This document shows, one piece after another, positions 35,146-40,000 of a stretch of 40,000 nt of DNA. Source of the DNA: an uncultured Rivularia sp. (GTDB taxonomy: Bacteria > Cyanobacteriota > Cyanobacteriia > Cyanobacteriales > Nostocaceae); contig OY762007.1 of NCBI GenBank assembly GCA_963665115.1, positions 7,180,679 through 7,220,678 of the forward strand, in the 5' to 3' direction. Position numbers and translations under genes: made by a program. The notes beneath the pieces are model-generated. The model saw nothing but the letters and a program-made list of their open reading frames with translations, had not been told where the DNA came from and made no database searches. The number at the start of each line of letters is the position of its first letter. Positions within the stretch are counted from its first letter, which is position 1.

Positions 35146-37260
35146 TTAATTGCAGGTTTCAGCTTCTACCATACTTTCACAATCAAAAGTTTGAGAAGTT
35201 TGCTGCAATGTCTGGCGAAACTGATAAATTGAAAAAGTACCTTCATCATAAAATCTAGGACTTTCTCTAACAAATCTGTCGCACTCTACCCGCGCGGCAT
35301 TTTGTAAAGCTAGAGAAATCTGCTTTTCTAACTTACCTAATTCTTGTTCTAAACCTCCATCATTGCCAAGCAAACGGTACAATTGTTTATAATATTCAGC
35401 CTTACGAATTCTGTCATTCAACCTTTGAAAGAAATTGGCAACAATTTTCTCAGAATATTCTACTAAAATATCTTCCAATTGATTCGCAAGATAGTAAAGT
35501 GCCTCTACCAAAATGGCAATTAAAGGTGCTGTTGCGTTGCGAGGATGACTTAATGTCGCACGTTTATAGGTGTCGGCAACAGAAAAAGTATCTAGTAATT
35601 CATCCAAACGGTGAATCATTCTGGCGCGTAATTGATTAAAATCCGCTTCAAATTTATCGCAAGCATTAGTCACAACTTGGTTAACTTCTTCTGCAATATG
35701 CTCGCGAAATTCGTTTCCTACTTGCTGCAATTGCTGATTGAGACGTTGCAATTCTTGGGCTTTCATAGCCTCAATTTCTTGCGGTTGGCTATCTAATTCG
35801 CGCCGTATTTCTTGATAATATTTCTTAATTGGAATACAAATATCTTCTAAATCGTCAGCCAAATGTTTAAATAACTCGGGACGTTTTTCTTGAGTAAGAT
35901 AGCGAGTAATTGCTGCTTTAAATTTCTCAACACCGCTATCTTCAATTAGTTGATTAACTAATAAGGTTCCTTGTTCTGATAGAATTCTGACATAATTCTG
36001 ATTCTGACTTTCAAAATTATTTACAGAAATCCGAAATTTATCAGCAGGTAGTTTACCAGAAGCAGTACAGTAACGTAGAAATTCGTAAACAAATTGTGGC
36101 GTATTTTCTTGTGATTCTTTCTTATAATTTATGTTATCACTTATTCTGTCGGTAATTTCAGCACTGGTTTTATCAATTACTTGATGAATATCGGCAAATA
36201 CAGTATCTAAACCAAACCTATCTTTCTGACTAGTTTGTTTAATTTGACTGCCATAAAATCCCAACAATCCACTGGTTTTAAAAACCCTACTGCCATACTG
36301 AAACTGAGTACCAATTAAATTATTCAGCCTTTGCTTCAAATCGTTATTGTACCAACTTTCATCAATTCGATTAAAAACGTAAAAAACTCTATCCCTAATT
36401 CCTGGATTATCCCTTATTACTTCTAAAAGTTGAGTTTCAGCCTTTGTCATATCACCCATCGAAGCAGGTTTTAAGACACATACCACCGCAGAAGTATCGG
36501 GATGCTGAATTTTTTCATAAGTCAACCGGGCATCTTTTTCTACAGGCGCATCAATACCAGGAGTATCAATAATTACGTTACCATCTTGTAAAAGTCGATG
36601 GTTGCAATAATATTCAATTCGCTTTAAAACCGCGCTATTACTTCCCCGACGCGCATATCCCGCAGCTTCCTTAAGGTTATTAAAATTAAACTCTTCCATC
36701 GAGTAAGTAGCATTATTTATCGTATGAATGTGCTGACGATTTGCTACATATCCCGACAATAATAAAATTAACGCTTGAGCCTGTTTCGCACGTTCGGATT
36801 TACTTTCACCACCCTCTTGCCCGATGATAGCTTCACATCCTTGACGCAATAATTCAATTGCATCATCTCGATTAATATTCTCAACCTTGTGCAATCCTAA
36901 CTGCTCGCATAAAGAAAATACCTGTTCTCTAACTTCTTGCTCGCTCAAAAAGGTGAGAACAACCTTTTCATTATCGGGATGTGCATACTCTATTTTGCAT
37001 TCCGTACCCGTAGCGTGTCCTTCTGCACTATAGAGCAATTCCCTCTCCAGAAGCGCATTAATCAGCATTGATTTACCCGCACTAAAGGCACCGGCAAATA
37101 CAATTTCAAACTTTGGAGAGATTGCTTTCCTCAGCGAAGTTTGCACTGGGGTAAGATCGTAAGCAGCCAAAGACGGTTCTTGCTGTAAAAATCGCGTTAG
37201 AGAATCTACTTGTTCCTTTAGATTTTGGCATTGAGGCAGCAGTTCTGCCATATGTAGCAT
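35146..37260 (-). CDS. Dynamin family GTPase (bacterial dynamin-like protein, soluble type)
   Basis: 704 aa with G1 GAFSAGKS, G3 DTPG and G4 NRID. A long helical C-terminal stalk is rich in heptad-like segments. I could not see a hydrophobic paddle or TM segment. Confidence 0.8.
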   Translation of the reverse strand: MLHMAELLPQCQNLKEQVDSLTRFLQQEPSLAAYDLTPVQTSLRKAISPKFEIVFAGAFSAGKSMLINALLERELLYSAEGHATGTECKIEYAHPDNEKVVLTFLSEQEVREQVFSLCEQLGLHKVENINRDDAIELLRQGCEAIIGQEGGESKSERAKQAQALILLLSGYVANRQHIHTINNATYSMEEFNFNNLKEAAGYARRGSNSAVLKRIEYYCNHRLLQDGNVIIDTPGIDAPVEKDARLTYEKIQHPDTSAVVCVLKPASMGDMTKAETQLLEVIRDNPGIRDRVFYVFNRIDESWYNNDLKQRLNNLIGTQFQYGSRVFKTSGLLGFYGSQIKQTSQKDRFGLDTVFADIHQVIDKTSAEITDRISDNINYKKESQENTPQFVYEFLRYCTASGKLPADKFRISVNNFESQNQNYVRILSEQGTLLVNQLIEDSGVEKFKAAITRYLTQEKRPELFKHLADDLEDICIPIKKYYQEIRRELDSQPQEIEAMKAQELQRLNQQLQQVGNEFREHIAEEVNQVVTNACDKFEADFNQLRARMIHRLDELLDTFSVADTYKRATLSHPRNATAPLIAILVEALYYLANQLEDILVEYSEKIVANFFQRLNDRIRKAEYYKQLYRLLGNDGGLEQELGKLEKQISLALQNAARVECDRFVRESPRFYDEGTFSIYQFRQTLQQTSQTFDCESMVEAETCN

Positions 37261-37606
37261 CCCGATAAAATAAAATAGAAACTTTGCGTATATTCTAAAA
37301 ATGTTTTTTTCTATACGCTTCCGTAATCTTACCGATTATCTTTCTCATTTATAAGGATACTTTATTTTCTATCCATAATTCTACTTTGCAATTCAGCGTA
37401 AGCATAAAACGGAATTAAAATTAATCAAATTATCAAGATAAATCGAAAATAAGGGGTTAAACCCCTCCGAGCTTAAACATACTAAAACTACCAAGTATGA
37501 ATACGCTTAGATATTGCATCATTCTCAACAACAGCATTAGAATGAATTCTCAGCACAACAAGTACGGTTATGGACATTTTTTTTATCTAAGTTATAAAAA
37601 TAAGTT

Positions 37607-38017
37607 ATGAAAATTTTTCCTATTAGACTTGAATCCAATGCAGATTTAAGAAAGAGTTTAAAAAGCTTTGCAGTTGAAAAAAATATTCAAGCAGGATTTA
37701 TATTAACTGCGGTTGGTAGTTTAAAACAAGCAACAATCCGCTTCGCCGATCGAGACAATACTACAGTCTTAACCGAAAAATTTGAAATACTTTCTCTTAA
37801 CGGAACTTTAGCTACTACAGGGATGCATCTTCACATGGCGATCGCCGACAGTAATGGTAAAGTTATTGGCGGACACCTCAGTGATGGTTGCATTATTTAC
37901 ACTACCGCTGAAATCGCGATCGGGATTGCTGAAAATTTCAGTTTTCATCGAAGCTTTGACGAACAAACCGGATTTAACGAGCTTGAAGTTATATCGTTAA
38001 TTTCAACGAGTTTGTAG
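37607..38017 (+). CDS. PPC (DUF296) domain protein
   Basis: 136 aa: …GFILTAVGSLKQATIRF…GMHLHMAIADSNGKVIGGHLSDGCIIYTTAEIAI…, the typical PPC-domain core. Confidence 0.75.
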   Translation: MKIFPIRLESNADLRKSLKSFAVEKNIQAGFILTAVGSLKQATIRFADRDNTTVLTEKFEILSLNGTLATTGMHLHMAIADSNGKVIGGHLSDGCIIYTTAEIAIGIAENFSFHRSFDEQTGFNELEVISLISTSL

Positions 38018-38066
38018 TAGCGCCGTCTAGCGGAATTCGGAGGGGCTAAAGCCCCAACTACGAACC
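38014..38066. repeat. Partial GTAGTA…ACTACGAACC repeat with internal ggggctaaagcccc hairpin
   Basis: Overlaps the PPC gene stop. Related to 1391-1447. Confidence 0.4.
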
Positions 38067-38089
38067 ATAGGGAATAGTAATCGATTTTA

Positions 38090-38284
38090 TTATATTTTTC
38101 TTTCTATTTGAGCATCTTTCAATCCGTTAAAAGTAGCTACCACACTATGAGTTTCGACTTGGGTAATCGGTGCGGGTTTCATTTCCCCTCGAAAGTCTAG
38201 AATTTGTACTAATACAAGATAAGCAACAGCTAAAAGTATAGAAAATACACCCGTGATAATCGCAACAATTTTTCCTCTATCCAT
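38090..38284 (-). CDS. Small single-TM hypothetical protein
   Basis: 64-aa ORF with one clear hydrophobic helix (IVAIITGVFSILLAVAYLVLVQIL). Confidence 0.4.
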   Translation of the reverse strand: MDRGKIVAIITGVFSILLAVAYLVLVQILDFRGEMKPAPITQVETHSVVATFNGLKDAQIERKI

Positions 38285-38338
38285 GAGTTTTCCCTCTTTT
38301 TAGAGATATTTCACCATTGCCATAATAATCGATAGAAT

Positions 38339-39335
38339 TTAACTATTGAATTTTGAGGTGCGGGGATTGATTTTAGAATCTAAATATGCTTTTAAAAGTA
38401 ATACGCGACTAGCAAATTGTTCGCAAAGCCGAAATCCACAAATATCCTGAACTAATTTGTACATTGGTTTTCTGGTTTTATGCTTGAAATCAGGACATAA
38501 AGCTAAGGATTTTTGTGAAAGTCGTAAGTATTCCGGATAGTCTATATACATATAATCTCTGGCTAACTCAAAGTAGCCATGTGCTAAAGCACGACGATAA
38601 TTAATTGGAATCTTCTGCTGATATCGTTTTAATAATTTTTTTTCTACTTTTTGTAGAACTTTGCAATGATTTTCTACCCAACGCTCTTTTGAAGCAGTTG
38701 ATACTGTAACGTTGCCGTATCTTCTATATATTGAATAACAACCGGGTTGATAAACAACTTTTGCACCAGCCATGATGGTTGAAATGAAAAAATCTCTATC
38801 TTGTGCAGCCGAGAAATTTTCATCCCATCCACCGCTTTTCTCTACAGCCGTTCTTCGATAAAATAAGGATGCAACAGCAGTCCCACCAATTTTCGATTAA
38901 AGATTGCAGAATATCTGCTTGTTTTCCAGGCTTTTCTACCTGTTCTAAGAATACTACTCCATTAGATTGATGTCCTTGAAATCGCCAATCACCGTAAACG
39001 GTATCTGCTCCTGTTTCTTCTAAAAAATTGATTTGTCTTTCTATTTTCTCTGGCAAGATTAAATCATCTGCATCTAAAAATTGAATATATTCTCCTTTGG
39101 ATAAAGCAAAACCTCTATTCCTCGCGTAGCATCCACCTTTATTTTCTGAAAGGCATTCCCAAGTAATTTTATCTCCATAGCTTTTAATAATTTCCATAGA
39201 GTTATCTGTCGAAAAATCATCAATTACAATGATTTCGATATGAGGATAAGTTTGTTTTAAACAGCTATCAATAGTCTCTGCTATCCATCTTTCGGTGTTA
39301 AAACAAGGAATAATTATGGAAACTAGTTTTTGCAT
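38339..39335 (-). pseudogene. Family 2 glycosyltransferase, frame-disrupted as given
   Basis: ORF 38820-39335 (SIIIPCFN…VIDDFSTD…LDADD) and ORF 38339-38773 join if one base of ccc 38882-38884 is removed, giving …LIENWW|TAVASLFYRRTAVEKSGGWDENFSAAQDRDFFISTIMAGAKVVYQPG…. Confidence 0.8.
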
Positions 39336-39739
39336 TTTATGTACCTATTTTTTTCATTTATAATTTTTTTAAATTGATATTTATGGCTTTTGATAACTGA
39401 GATAATTCTAGATTTAGCGAAAAGCTCTTTTTTAAGCTCTTAGTTTTAAATAGGTCGTTTTTCCTACAACCATAAATCCAAAATCGGTTGACCTTTTATA
39501 CTAAATGTCTCTTCAAAGACGATGATTACTGAATATACAAAGAGAATTATGGAGATAAAAGGTTGTTATTTAGCATAAAAACTACGGCTATAACCATGTT
39601 GATATCATAATATGGATGTCTGTAAAAATCAGGTTTTTTAAGTAAGTAGATGCATTTAAAAGGTATAATCAAAGCAGTTAACAAATGTTATCTGAAAATT
39701 AGCAAGTAATAAGCAGTAAAAAAAGCGTTGTTAATAAAT

Positions 39740-40000
39740 TTATGTCATCGCTGCTTGATGCCAAAGGTTTGTCAGTAAATGCTTGTGTTCTTGAATATCT
39801 GATTTTTTCGCTTGTAAAAACCCAGCTTCTCGTATTTCTTTAGAAACTGGTTTATTAATGATATCAACTACTTCTTCTATTGAATCGTAAATAAACCCGG
39901 CTTCACCGACATATTCTTTAATGTCTGGTCTAATATTTGGCACGCATACACCTACACCTGCCGCTTGTGCTTCGGCTACAGCCATTGGCCAGCCAACTGT
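39740..40000 (-). CDS. Glycosyltransferase (GT1/GT4-type), C-terminal part; the gene runs off the right edge
   Basis: The reading frame is open to the window end (…TVGWPMAVAEAQAAGVGVCVPN…), resembling the E-x7-E region of GT4 enzymes. Confidence 0.5.
   Translation of the reverse strand, partial: TVGWPMAVAEAQAAGVGVCVPNIRPDIKEYVGEAGFIYDSIEEVVDIINKPVSKEIREAGFLQAKKSDIQEHKHLLTNLWHQAAMT

Overview
The window is chromosomal DNA from a filamentous, probably heterocyst-forming (Nostocales-type) cyanobacterium. This is an inference from gene content (psbZ, chlH, acyl-lipid desaturases), several HIP1 octamers (GCGATCGC, e.g. 7543-7550), heptamer tandem (STRR-like) repeats and several families of small hairpin or MITE-like repeats.

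Content from left to right:
- 5' part of a YnbB-type PLP enzyme gene.
- A compact four-gene desaturase cluster: desC-desA-desB, with desD convergent.
- proA, a Zn-ribbon/2-TM protein, tRNA-Gly(GCC), ribH and psbZ.
- A roughly 4.5 kb toxin-antitoxin island holding Uma2, two hicB copies, hicA, parD, a parE stub, short HicB/HicA pairs and a retropepsin-like pair.
- chlH.
- A pentapeptide-repeat protein fused to two NuiA-like domains.
- An LpxB-related gene carrying an in-frame repeat insertion.
- A 2-TM 'TRADD-N-associated-membrane-like' miniprotein lying divergent to an 862-aa HTH/pentapeptide/14x tandem-repeat protein.
- An IMPase-family gene, an M23 peptidase and a P450.
- A tandemly duplicated small-membrane-protein module.
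- A GFA-family gene.
- An AT-rich five-gene minus-strand cluster: dynamin-like GTPase, coiled-coil protein, KGK protein, degenerate KGK paralog and HNH nuclease. This is my best candidate for an undescribed system.
- A PPC/DUF296 gene and glycosyltransferases.

I found no rRNA, CRISPR array, transposase or integrase.

Caveat: nine frame disruptions in seven otherwise intact genes, including essential chlH, most of them at short G/C runs. They look more like consensus (homopolymer) errors than true pseudogenes. All family assignments come from motif recognition and memory, not from database searches.
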